From IMG/VR virus record IMGVR_UViG_3300028654_000001, positions 62,001 to 126,000 of that record: a DNA stretch of 64,000 nt; one strand, given 5' to 3'. Below are positions 40,441 through 50,473 of this stretch, in pieces. Position 1 is the first letter of the stretch; every line of letters starts with the position of its first letter. Under the pieces are notes generated by a model. That model saw only the letters and a list, made by a program, of their open reading frames with translations. It did no database searches and was not told where the DNA came from. Both the position numbers and the translations under genes were made by a program.

Positions 40441-40808
40441 TCCTCGTTGAGAATCCTCTCAAACCTGGTGGGGTAGGGGCCGGTATAGACTCCAACTTCT
40501 TCAGGCTTGCTGCAGATCCTACAGAGGGTTTCTCGAAGGGCCGTGACAGGTTCACTGAAGCGTTCTTTTTCTGGAAAGCAGCTGATGAGGGTTTCGATGC
40601 TGAAGATGATCTGTCTGATCCCATCCAAACCTTGAGGCACATCGAGTTTAGTCTGTACCCTATTCAAGTAGGACTTGGCGATAGCGTCTCGTCCAGTTCT
40701 TGTACTCGCGTGGTACCCAAGCATGGGGTTGGTGAAGCCCTCTGGGCACTTGACTAAGTATTGGCCATTGAACCACTCTAGGAACTTCTTGGCGTGTTTT
40801 GATGGCAT
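40437..40808 (-). CDS. Four-member paralog family protein with PTRFERIL tag
   Basis: KKFLEWF...TGRDAIA...PEKERFS; ends GPYPTRFERILNED. Confidence 0.75.
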   Translation of the reverse strand: MPSKHAKKFLEWFNGQYLVKCPEGFTNPMLGYHASTRTGRDAIAKSYLNRVQTKLDVPQGLDGIRQIIFSIETLISCFPEKERFSEPVTALRETLCRICSKPEEVGVYTGPYPTRFERILNED

Positions 40809-40814
40809 GGTCTT

Positions 40815-41099
40815 TCACATGGACAGATCGATCAGATTGATGCCAAGTGCGTTGGAGATCTTCAAGAGGGTATTGAGGCTCACGTTACCGATGTACTTTG
40901 GGTTGTGGAGCCACTTCATGAGTATCTGACCGGTGCCCGAGGATTCCATGAACTTCTCTCTGGTCATCCCCTTGCGCCTCAAGGCTCGTTGGATCTTGAT
41001 CACCAGGACCTTCTTTATGACCAGTGCATTGACGACTTCGAGGTCACCGGTCTCCTTGAGAAGGGAGTCGAGGGTAGATCCGATGTGCTTGTTTGGCAT
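40815..41099 (-). CDS. XRE/HTH antitoxin-like regulator
   Basis: MPNKHIGSTLDSLLKE...IKKVL...GNVSLNTLLKISNALG. Confidence 0.7.
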   Translation of the reverse strand: MPNKHIGSTLDSLLKETGDLEVVNALVIKKVLVIKIQRALRRKGMTREKFMESSGTGQILMKWLHNPKYIGNVSLNTLLKISNALGINLIDLSM

Positions 41100-41715
41100 T
41101 AATCTCCGTTCCATACTTGAGCCAGGCTCAATCCTCCTCGGGAAGTACAGCTCCACAAGTACACATGCGGACCTTCTTAGGCCTGAGCTTCTCGACAGAC
41201 ACCGGTGGCCCCAGGGCTTCATCGCCTCCGATCACTATGTGGTTGGTGTTGAGTAGGTTGGACGCCACACCATAAGCCACATGGGTAAGGTCCTCACCGC
41301 GAGGGACCTCCACTTCGAGGATGAGCTTGGCCTTGCTTGGTAGCTTGGTGTTACCATAGGCTCCGAACAAGTTGTAAGTGACGCGGTAGCGGGCCATTAT
41401 TGGATCTCGATGGGCAGTCCGAGTTTGCTGCACTTGGTAGGGGTCATGGGTTGATCCCGAGAGCTTTGTTCCATACTCAACGTGTGCATTTAGGGCTTCT
41501 TCCTCTTGGGTTTACTAATCACTTTTGAAGTCTTGGTATGGGTCACACTTGTCTTCACGAACTTGCCCACCCGGGCTCTTGGGCGATACCTAAGGCACTC
41601 GCAGCGGGCACAGCCAGAGGTTGTGCTGTAGTGGTTGTTCAACGGGTGTCCACACTCGCATATGATCAACCCATACTTGAGGGCTTCTTCTACAGTCATT
41701 CGAATGGTGATATAC

Positions 41716-42099
41716 TTAGCCATCGGTGAGAATCCTCTCGAATCGAGTTGGTCGCGGCCCATAATAAGGGGAGGCTCTATTATACTTGGAAACTAAGTCA
41801 CAGAAAGCACTTCGTAGAGCCGTAGTAGTGTCAGTAAACCTCTCATCTTTAGGGAGTAAAGACATGAAGTCCTCACAATTATGGATAAGCCACCTAGTAT
41901 CTTCCATCTTTGATTGAATGAGTTCAACACTCCTACTCCCTACTGTACTTACTGAAGCGCAGAGGGACTTCGTTAGCTGGTCCCTACCGGCTTGAGTAGA
42001 GACTAGACCATTGATGTATTCAACTACAGACAGATCGTCACCTCTATCAAAGTAAGTTCTAAACCACTCAATGTAGTCTTCTGGGGTTACCTTTTTCAC
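41716..42099 (-). CDS. Four-member paralog family protein with PTRFERIL tag
   Basis: YIEWF...TQAGRDQL...PKDERFT; ends GPRPTRFERILTDG. Confidence 0.75.
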   Translation of the reverse strand: MKKVTPEDYIEWFRTYFDRGDDLSVVEYINGLVSTQAGRDQLTKSLCASVSTVGSRSVELIQSKMEDTRWLIHNCEDFMSLLPKDERFTDTTTALRSAFCDLVSKYNRASPYYGPRPTRFERILTDG

Positions 42100-42114
42100 T
42101 TTACTCAGATCCCT

Positions 42115-42366
42115 TCATACGGGCTTTCCAAACCTGTTGACCGTCGCCGGGTTTATCTCCACCTCAGTTACGGTGGCGTTCATGTACGCCTTATCGAAGT
42201 AGGTTTGGGCGGCCTTGATCAACTTATCTCGGGCCTCTTCAGGGGTATTACCGTAGAAGCGGTCATTATCGATTGGCCAGGGTGTTCCAATGGCGGTGGC
42301 CACGAAGGGGTCCGTAACATCAACTGTACCCTTCAAGCGTTGATAGGTCAGGATCTGGAATTTCAT
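42115..42366 (-). CDS. HicB-like small protein
   Basis: FVATA...YGNTPEEARDKL. Confidence 0.45.
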   Translation of the reverse strand: MKFQILTYQRLKGTVDVTDPFVATAIGTPWPIDNDRFYGNTPEEARDKLIKAAQTYFDKAYMNATVTEVEINPATVNRFGKPV

Positions 42367-42371
42367 GTGGG

Positions 42372-42836
42372 TTACTCGTCCTCTCGAGTGATGCGTTCGA
42401 ACCGAGTTGGGGCTTGAGTTTCTTCGATCTCAGGGGGTGGGTTCATGAAGAGCCTTCGGACTTGCTCGATGATGCTCTTGTCGAACCAACAAAGGTTCTT
42501 GGAGGTCATTGTTGAGCTGATCCAACCCATGTAGTGATGATTTTCGAAGTGCTCCCCGTAGTCGAGGAAGAGGTCAACAGTGTCACTACCGGTGTTCCAT
42601 ACGATCCTGAACCTGGAGGTGATGTCGATGTTCAACCTCACCTTCATGGTCTTTTGATCTGGTTCTAGGCGGTGGGGGCATGGATCAGTAGTGGCATCGT
42701 CCTTGATGCGGTCGATACGTAGGAGGCCTTCATGGGCTGACATCCAAATGCGTTCACCCTTATCACAGGTTGCTTGACCGCACTCCGGGATAGCTCTCCC
42801 GGTGTTCCACTGACACTTGTCGCATTCGGAGGGCAT
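42372..42836 (-). CDS. Cys-rich N-domain protein with PTRFERI tag
   Basis: MPSECDKC...; ends APTRFERITREDE. Confidence 0.75.
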   Translation of the reverse strand: MPSECDKCQWNTGRAIPECGQATCDKGERIWMSAHEGLLRIDRIKDDATTDPCPHRLEPDQKTMKVRLNIDITSRFRIVWNTGSDTVDLFLDYGEHFENHHYMGWISSTMTSKNLCWFDKSIIEQVRRLFMNPPPEIEETQAPTRFERITREDE

Positions 42837-43476
42837 GGCTCTTTAGCTTGGCATAGGCATCAGCCCATTTCGAAGAAGTTTTGGTTGGTGGACATGCTTA
42901 GGTATTCAGTTCGTAGGTTTTCCAGCAGCGAGGACAAGTGTCTTCAAGGGTGTCAATGGTATCGATAGGTTCCGTTTCAACCTCACAGTGCTTCCCGAGA
43001 AGAAGTTGAACGAGGGATTGAACTTCAATCGGGTTCAAAGGTCTGGAGCAGATAAGCGGGGTTCCGACTCGTATCTGGTTGCTCTCCTCAATGACCTCAA
43101 CCATCGAGACATACATGCCAAGGGTCGGATCCTCTGGAAAGCTGTGGTAGACACGGAAGGTTGGGTTTGATAACCCTGTCAATTCGACTTTCTCAACGGT
43201 CATTTTACCGCTCCCAGATGGTGGCTATCCCGTCAGATCCAAAGGTACAGGGCGTGATGGTTAGCCGTTGTTCCCTGATCTTGTGAAGACCTTCTAGGGA
43301 TGCTTGAAAGGACTCATCAGAGGAGTACTCCTCACGAAACTCAGGGTCAATCCTTCTGTGGAACTTCCCGAGAGCCGCCTCTTTGGAGGGGGCTCGGATG
43401 ACGAACATCCGCTCACTCGAGTTGCCATCGTATAGGATGCTGAAGTATTGATCTTGTGGTTTGAAGATGTTGGGGG

Positions 43477-43896
43477 TCATGGTTCCAACGAGCCTAGTGC
43501 AAACTTGAACTTGATTCCGAGAGGTGGTGTAATATCGAGTCTTGGGGTGCCGAGTGATCGACTTGCAATTGGTCGAGCATAACCTTCGTTGCTTCGGTAC
43601 AGGTTGAGCTGATCGAGGGTACAGAGCATAGGTGGGAAGAAGTAACCCTCGATGAGGAAGAAGTAACCACTGAGTGGTACGACGTCTTGAGGATCCAGTA
43701 ACTCGTTCATATCATCCATACTGAGTCGTCTAGGTTCTGGGACTGGGACTTTTACCAAACCAAGGTACTTGAGCTCGTGACCCTGGTAGGCGCCTCCTAT
43801 GTAGAGCTGGACAGGCGTGACCCTAGGGGGCTCCGGTGGCAGCCGATTGGGGCGAACCACCTTCCAGAAGTCATCCAGGTCGTCTAGAGGGGTCAT
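43477..43896 (-). CDS. Divergent DIESYW-like N-terminus protein
   Basis: MTPLDDLDDFWKVVRPNRLPPEPP. Confidence 0.6.
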   Translation of the reverse strand: MTPLDDLDDFWKVVRPNRLPPEPPRVTPVQLYIGGAYQGHELKYLGLVKVPVPEPRRLSMDDMNELLDPQDVVPLSGYFFLIEGYFFPPMLCTLDQLNLYRSNEGYARPIASRSLGTPRLDITPPLGIKFKFALGSLEP

Positions 43897-44421
43897 ATTC
43901 GTGGTTGATTCTCACTCAGTAGTGAAGATGAAGGCCTTCCACTCGTGGCTTATACCATCTGGTAGAGTGTCGCCTTCAAGAGCCTCCCCGAGAGTCCCGT
44001 CCTCGGTGAAGAGCAATCGGGCTATAGCCGTGAGCTGAATCTCACAAAGGGCGTCTGGGCACTCCAATGGGTATCCAATGAGGACTACTCGTTCACCATT
44101 GTCCTGAGTACCAAAGGCTCGGAAGTTGAACACACAGGTACTTGATGGATTATCAAGCTCAAATACAACCGTGGCGGTCTTGGGTGTCGGGAACGTTATG
44201 CTTTGGATCATCCGTGGGTAACCTTTCTCATGGGTAAGCTGAGAGAATTGGCTTGGAGTACCGCTTGAACAATCTCGATAGGGGCGACTCCAGTGGATAG
44301 GTAGAGAGTCCCCTCACGGATAGCTACAATACAGTCATACTCAAATGTAAAGATGAAAGCTGAGTAGAAGCCGCGGTAGTAACTCCACTCCCAACCCTCG
44401 AGCAATGGTGGTAGACCTGGG

Positions 44422-44742
44422 TTATTCCTCGCGTGTGACCCTCTCAAACCTCGTGAGGACGGGGACTTCTTCTGTATCGTTGATAACTTCACGAGCTTCG
44501 TTGATGAGGACTTGATGGAGGCTGCACCTTCTCGGTTCTGGCAAACCTTCAAGGTTCCGGATCCCGACGTAGCTTTCCGCTTGTGAGGTGCGGTCACTGA
44601 CCCAACCGAGGTTAATCCTTTGCTCGAAGTTCGGGCCGAACTCGATGACGAGGCTCGCAACTGCCCAGGAGCCTTCTTCTTGATTGATGATGATCCTGGC
44701 ATTGGTTTGGATGACCTTGGTCTTGGGTTCATGCTTGGGCAC
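44422..44742 (-). CDS. Protein with TRFERV tag
   Basis: Ends VLTRFERVTREE. Confidence 0.7.
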   Translation of the reverse strand: MPKHEPKTKVIQTNARIIINQEEGSWAVASLVIEFGPNFEQRINLGWVSDRTSQAESYVGIRNLEGLPEPRRCSLHQVLINEAREVINDTEEVPVLTRFERVTREE

Positions 44743-45353
44743 TAGTCAGCCATTACGCTAATGAGAGCACATTTTCTAGTATCTAGGGTGATACAGTACC
44801 GGTTGCTAGGGAGCTTGTAGAAGAGTCCAGCAGGATCTTTACCGCAGAGGTAGTTACCCGGCTCGTTGGGAATGGTCTCGAGGATCCCATCGGTAGGATT
44901 CCCAGTATGCACCCAGGTGATACCCCATTGCTGAGCCCTGGCGGCCAGGTGCTGGTACTCACTCTGGTAAGCGGTGACTGGGTCGAGCTTGAGCCGGCAA
45001 GCATCCAGGATGGCTTGTATCCTCTCCTGGATGCCTTCATCCTCGGCCTTGAAGGGTTGGATAGCGATGAGGGAAATCGGCTTGGTCGGGTCAACGCCCT
45101 CCGGGTTCTTGAAGAAGCTCCCTCCAACAAATGGAACAAGAAAGACCCTCTGAGTATCGGGATAGCACCTCTCTGAATGGATGGTAGTGCTATCAATGTC
45201 GTAGTACAGGATTGATCCATCTGGCCCCTTGTCTAGAATCGAGTCAGGAAAGACGTCGACTAGGAGTCCAGGCCAAACCTGTTTGAGAAACTCGTTCGGC
45301 TTGGAGTCGACGTAATCGATCACCTTGAAAACCCGTTCTAAGTTGTATTCCAC
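44742..45353 (-). CDS. Hypothetical protein (possible capsid-derived segment)
   Basis: In-frame GTG 45353 lies 10 nt after GGTGTA. Confidence 0.65.
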   Translation of the reverse strand: MEYNLERVFKVIDYVDSKPNEFLKQVWPGLLVDVFPDSILDKGPDGSILYYDIDSTTIHSERCYPDTQRVFLVPFVGGSFFKNPEGVDPTKPISLIAIQPFKAEDEGIQERIQAILDACRLKLDPVTAYQSEYQHLAARAQQWGITWVHTGNPTDGILETIPNEPGNYLCGKDPAGLFYKLPSNRYCITLDTRKCALISVMAD

Positions 45354-45401
45354 ATCAGTTCTATACACCAATCTGGACAGTTTTGGTGTAATAAAGGGGC
45401 C

Positions 45402-45788
45402 ATGGCTTTAGAAGCTGGACGATCCTTCGGGACGGTTGGTCGGCACGTTCATATCACTGATAGTTCTACTGGGATGTCCTATGCTGTTTACCTGGAAGTG
45501 GCAGAAGGGAATAGGTTGTCGTTTGTGGAACGGTTTCTCGGCTGGGTAAAGCCATTAGACGGCACTCAAAACTGTCCGTGGTATTGGACTGGGGCGTTGA
45601 AGTGGAATCGATTCAACCCGGAAGAAGTCCGGACCCTCGATCTTATAGAACCTGGGTCTGTTGGAGTCGACTTCTGGAATAAGCTGGCTCTTGACCTGGT
45701 GGACACGTATCTTACGGTAATGTCTGATCCGGAGTCCGAGTACCGAGGGCCTAGACCGAATCGATTCGAACGCGAGGAAGTGATCTGA
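45402..45788 (+). CDS. Protein with RFEREEVI tag
   Basis: Ends YRGPRPNRFEREEVI; GGTGTA 11 nt upstream. Confidence 0.75.
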   Translation: MALEAGRSFGTVGRHVHITDSSTGMSYAVYLEVAEGNRLSFVERFLGWVKPLDGTQNCPWYWTGALKWNRFNPEEVRTLDLIEPGSVGVDFWNKLALDLVDTYLTVMSDPESEYRGPRPNRFEREEVI

Positions 45789-46072
45789 TGTTGAAGTTCA
45801 TAATTGGCTCGTTCTTCTGTGTTGAGTACCGAGACCTTGAGCAGTTCATTCTCGAGGAGACTGGGCATGAGTACGAGATCATCCCCAATGAAGAGTTCAG
45901 GAACGACTCGGTTCATAGATATCGAGTCCATGCTGACCTCAAGACCCATTACTGGGAAGAGTTCAAAACCACAGGAGAGCAGAAGCCATTCAACCTAGAT
46001 GAGATCCTGCTCGGCCTCTGTGCTGATGGTAAGATCTCTGCAGGAAACTACCTCATCTGTGTTAGCTGGTGA
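45788..46072 (+). CDS. Phage hypothetical protein
   Basis: Ends GKISAGNYLICVSW. Confidence 0.7.
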   Translation: MLKFIIGSFFCVEYRDLEQFILEETGHEYEIIPNEEFRNDSVHRYRVHADLKTHYWEEFKTTGEQKPFNLDEILLGLCADGKISAGNYLICVSW

Positions 46073-46076
46073 GTCA

Positions 46077-46574
46077 ATGGAGAGTGCACCCAGACCTATC
46101 ACGTGGTGGAGGCTTGGGCCTCAAGACTTACCGATCTTCAACAAGCGACAAATGATGACGGTAACTATCCTAAGGGAGGGTGGAGAGGGTACTGTGGACG
46201 TATATCACCCCCGTCGAATTCTACTTCCCTTGGTTGACATCCTTTTTCCACCCTATGACTTCCTTCTCGAGAGGATGACAGAGTTAGTTCCTCACGACAC
46301 TACTGCCTGGAGAGAAGGGGGGTTAACTCCCCTGGCGATCCAAGGGAAGCTCTACGGTGTCCTACGACCGCACGCGACGGGTGAGTCCTACGGGATCTGT
46401 TTCTCCCCTGAGGATCTGACACCAGGTTTCCAAGATGAATTCCGGAACCCTGGACACATCTACGAGATGCCTCCCCCTGAGTGCCATCGGTATGGACTTC
46501 CTCTATGGGTGGATCCAGGCTCTCTCTACAACGGACCACGGCCAACAAGGTTCGAGCGCGAACCGGTGATCTAA
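46077..46574 (+). CDS. PRPITWW-family protein with RFEREPVI tag
   Basis: ATG 46077 (MESAPRPITWW); paralog of 46598. Confidence 0.75.
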   Translation: MESAPRPITWWRLGPQDLPIFNKRQMMTVTILREGGEGTVDVYHPRRILLPLVDILFPPYDFLLERMTELVPHDTTAWREGGLTPLAIQGKLYGVLRPHATGESYGICFSPEDLTPGFQDEFRNPGHIYEMPPPECHRYGLPLWVDPGSLYNGPRPTRFEREPVI

Positions 46575-46597
46575 AACCTCTGGTGTATCAGATCTAA

Positions 46598-47134
46598 GTG
46601 ATTCCTCCACGACCAATCACCTGGTGGGGCCTCGGCATGGGGTGCCTACCCGTACTCAATAAACCTGCAAGGACTCCATCCTTTATCATTGATGAGAATG
46701 CGGACACCATTTTTATGGTGTCCATCCCCAATCTTATCCAAGTACCAATCTTCGAGCTTCATTGTGGAGAGGAGGGCACTTCCATCGAAGAACAGATTCA
46801 GGAGCTCCTAGGAGTCTTGCTGGACGCTGCCAAGTTCGAGACTTGTACGAATGATACCGAACCAGGGGGAGCCTTCTACGGGCTCCTGAGAGCCAACTAC
46901 AGAATGCAGAATAGGGATGGTTGGATGTGGACCGTCGAATTGGGCCTGGCCTTCTCAGAGGAAGTCCTGACCCCTCACTTCGATGACCTTATGGCTTCTG
47001 GGGCCGTATTCTCGAGCCATGAGCTGAAACCTGATGAATGCCAAAGGATTGGGCTTCCAACTCTCTTGGAAGTGTCAGCATCTGAACCTGAGCTATACCG
47101 TCCGACTAGATTCGAGCGCGAAGACGTGATATGA
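46598..47134 (+). CDS. PRPITWW-family protein with RFEREDVI tag
   Basis: Shared YG.LR, FS.E.LTP.F, P.EC.R.GLP. Confidence 0.75.
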   Translation: MIPPRPITWWGLGMGCLPVLNKPARTPSFIIDENADTIFMVSIPNLIQVPIFELHCGEEGTSIEEQIQELLGVLLDAAKFETCTNDTEPGGAFYGLLRANYRMQNRDGWMWTVELGLAFSEEVLTPHFDDLMASGAVFSSHELKPDECQRIGLPTLLEVSASEPELYRPTRFEREDVI

Positions 47135-47143
47135 GAGTCAGTC

Positions 47144-47506
47144 ATGCTCGAGGTACTTGTTCAGGTCAGTGAAACTATAGATACTTACATAGTAGATGTA
47201 ATAGATGTGAGGGGGTCTACCCCAGACGATGAGCCTAATAACAATTATAACTCTGAGTTGAGAGTTGAATTGAACGAGATTATCGACGATGAGATTAGTA
47301 ACGTGGTCTCTTCTAGGGTAAGTAAGCTGGTCTCCCACTTGACTGAGAAGTATTTCATGTACTCGTGGAGGGTCATTGTGCTTAATGACGGTATCGAGGT
47401 CAATCGAATTGAGTGCAAAGTAGTAGGAGAGTCGAGCCAATCTGTCCAGGAAGAGCCAGCCCCTATTGAGCGGAGGTCTCGATTTGACCGGGATGACGTG
47501 ATTTAA
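47144..47506 (+). CDS. Protein with RFDRDDVI tag
   Basis: Ends ERRSRFDRDDVI. Confidence 0.7.
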   Translation: MLEVLVQVSETIDTYIVDVIDVRGSTPDDEPNNNYNSELRVELNEIIDDEISNVVSSRVSKLVSHLTEKYFMYSWRVIVLNDGIEVNRIECKVVGESSQSVQEEPAPIERRSRFDRDDVI

Positions 47507-47545
47507 GGTGGACGGCTTTTAGTCACCCATGGTATAGCTTGGCCG

Positions 47546-47998
47546 ATGGACTTTGAACGTAAACGTAGGCACATTTCAGACCATCTGGTAAGCATGAACC
47601 GTAGAAACCTCCTTCAGGCAGCAGGACTCGCGCTCCTATCGTTGGTACCCCTCAAGCTTCTGATGGAGGATCCAAAGGAACCTAAGTACTACCTGGGCTA
47701 CAACGAGCCTTATGATCGGTCTTTGGTTCGTATCTTTCGTCAAAGTATAGGGGATTGGCGAGCTGAATTGTTCTATGAGCACATACCTGGATCAGCTCCC
47801 TTGATGATGTCAGTGAATCTAATGGAGTATGATCCTGAAAAGATTCACCACGTCATGCAACTTAACCTTGAACGCCATAAGCTTCATGGTGTCACTAATG
47901 ACATTTTGGGTTATGACGAAGCTACGGATAGTTTGATCAATTGGACTAAACAAAGACATATCGACTCACCGCCTCAATTGCGCCGATATGTAGTGTAG
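47546..47998 (+). CDS. Protein with twin-arginine (Tat)-like signal
   Basis: MNRRNLLQAAGLALLSL. Confidence 0.55.
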   Translation: MDFERKRRHISDHLVSMNRRNLLQAAGLALLSLVPLKLLMEDPKEPKYYLGYNEPYDRSLVRIFRQSIGDWRAELFYEHIPGSAPLMMSVNLMEYDPEKIHHVMQLNLERHKLHGVTNDILGYDEATDSLINWTKQRHIDSPPQLRRYVV

Positions 47999-48004
47999 GA
48001 CTTA

Positions 48005-48688
48005 TCAGATCTTCTTCTCAAGTTCCTCAATGCGCTCATGAGTCTTTTGGATCGTATCCGGGCTCATATAGTCCAAGTTGATCTTGAGCTGAGTCCTCAA
48101 GCTTTCTAACTCGAGTCGGGCTTGGTACTTCTTCTCAGCAGCTCCACTACGGGGCTTGATGAGGTATTGGACTACGCCCCCTAATCTCCGCTTCCCCACG
48201 ATGGTCCCTGATGGAACATCAGTACCAATCGGAGTTGTCCTGAGTACAAAGGTGGCACCAGCATCATTGTCCCAACCCCGCCCCTCAATTCGAGCACCCT
48301 CTTCTTCGATATGACACCCAGGCTTCCAAGGCTTGGAGGACTCTTCCTTGGGGATCCGTTCTGGCTTCTTCGGTCTCCCATTCTTGTCAAGGTAAGTGAC
48401 CTCAACCGTTGAGTCCAAGTACCGTTGCCTCACTCGTCTCTCTAAATCACGCTTGTAGTTATCTTCCCACTCTTGGAACAATCGAGTGAGATTAACCCTA
48501 TCCTTCTGAGGTCCGAGAGCTACTGATATAAACCGAGTGAGACTTGCGGGGGGTCCTTGATAAATAGGACCATTGGAGTCATAATCACAGTCTCGAAGTG
48601 CGTCGATGAAGATGGGCCAATACTCCCCTTGGGAAGGCATGTGCTCGGCTCGCTCCACCAACTCCTTAATGATCGGATCGTTGTTCAT
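48005..48688 (-). CDS. Hypothetical protein
   Basis: 227-aa ORF. Confidence 0.7.
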   Translation of the reverse strand: MNNDPIIKELVERAEHMPSQGEYWPIFIDALRDCDYDSNGPIYQGPPASLTRFISVALGPQKDRVNLTRLFQEWEDNYKRDLERRVRQRYLDSTVEVTYLDKNGRPKKPERIPKEESSKPWKPGCHIEEEGARIEGRGWDNDAGATFVLRTTPIGTDVPSGTIVGKRRLGGVVQYLIKPRSGAAEKKYQARLELESLRTQLKINLDYMSPDTIQKTHERIEELEKKI

Positions 48689-49829
48689 ACTCTTTACCCC
48701 AGCATAAGAGGATTGTGACTACTCATCAAACTTCAGCTTGAGGACCCGCTCTCGTTGGGCGGTCTGCTCCTCTTCGGTGATGTACCGGCGCCCGTGTTCA
48801 TCCTGTCGAGGGCACACGAGCCGTCCATGTTCGATCGTGGGCCCCGGGAGCTGACCCCGGTCAATCATGTCTTGGAGAGCTCTCTCGTCTTTTGGGGACA
48901 GCTTCGGGTCGACCATACCCGGTCACTACACCGATTTACGTGGAAGCTAAGGGGACCCGTCGACGAGGAGGAACGGTAACGGCTGTCTTATCGATATAGA
49001 CCATGGCGTCATTTTGGTCGACCCCAATGAGGTACTTCCATTTAGGGAAGTCCTTGATGAGTTTGATAGCCATATCAACTGAGTAAATCTTAGCCTGCTC
49101 ACGAGGCCCCCAGTACCAATGAATGCCCTCATTGCAGAGGTACACTCCAGTGACGGTTCGGTGCATAATGAAGATGCTCATGACTTCTCCTCTGTGTGCT
49201 TGAGTTTGTAACTATCGGTCCAAGCTAATGATACCCTTTCCGGCACTACGTCACCGTCAACCACGACCGGAACAAGGGTCGTACCATTTGCTTCCAATGT
49301 CTTCTCAGCGGCTGCCACTTGCTCCTCAGTAAGACTTATCTTCTGAGAAAAGTTCTCACTAGGCACCCCACATGGATCAAAGCCGTAGATCACCTGTACA
49401 CCAATGTCACGGTCTCGTAGACTACACATTGGTGATCGAAGGTAACTCTCACCAACCAAAAGAACTGCAGGTTCAGGGTTTGGTTGCTTTGCCATTACTT
49501 TTGGATCCCCCGGCTGTACTTTTCAAGTGCATCAAAGATACTGAATCCGACCAATATGTTGCCACCCCCATCAACCATAATGACCGACTTCTTTGTGTCA
49601 GGAATGGGCTCCTCTTCCGAGGAAAGAGCGGTCACGAGACAGTACTCACTGCACTCGTCTTTGGTCCACTCCCCTAGTCGAGCGTTGTAGGTGTCCAAGA
49701 AGACCTTCTCACTCTGCACTGGGAGCATATCTGATCTCCATCCACCTTCTTGGCGATTCATCATCCAGAGCATCCCGAGGCTGTCTCGTCGAAGTACACA
49801 GTCACCTAGTAGGTTTCGCTTTGCCATGA

Positions 49830-50207
49830 TCACACCCGCCTCCAGCCATTGGCCCGCCAACCATCTTTGATTTTTTGCCACTCACCGTAGGTGGTTCGGA
49901 TCAATTTATCAGCGAGTACAAGAGTGATCTTCCCATCGTTATCGAAGTACACTGTACGAGTTTCAGCACCCTTCTGAAAGGTCTGAGACAACGTCAGCGA
50001 GTAGTGGACCCAACCTACATCCCGAATGAAGTCCCAACGGTCCAACCACTCACGAGTAGGAATGCTGAAGATCTCACCCTTGCTGTTCGACATGCGAACA
50101 TTCTGGCCGTCAAGATAACTTACGATCAGGGTGTTCTGATTAAGCTTCCACACACCAAAGGTTTGTTCAGCCGCTTTGATCTCGTCAATGGTTGCGTTAG
50201 TTGCCAT
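49830..50207 (-). CDS. Hypothetical protein
   Basis: Class-1 promoter 50213-50241, ATG 5 nt later. Confidence 0.7.
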   Translation of the reverse strand: MATNATIDEIKAAEQTFGVWKLNQNTLIVSYLDGQNVRMSNSKGEIFSIPTREWLDRWDFIRDVGWVHYSLTLSQTFQKGAETRTVYFDNDGKITLVLADKLIRTTYGEWQKIKDGWRANGWRRV

Positions 50208-50473
50208 GCCCTATATTACGCACAACCAGGGCGGCTCTCACTGACTTTTCATAATTAGTCTAGAAGGCCGAATCAAATCCTCGACTGGAACCTTAGTATT
50301 CGGATCAACTTCAATGCAGCTATAACTATCCCTGAGGATGATTGCGTGAGGCTTCGTGGTCAAACCCTGAGCAATTACGCGCCCATTGACCAAGGACAGA
50401 GCCTCATAAACCCCTGACTTTGGCCATAGGATCAACCCATTGCGGGCGGCGATGGTTACAAGATCTGAGCTAG

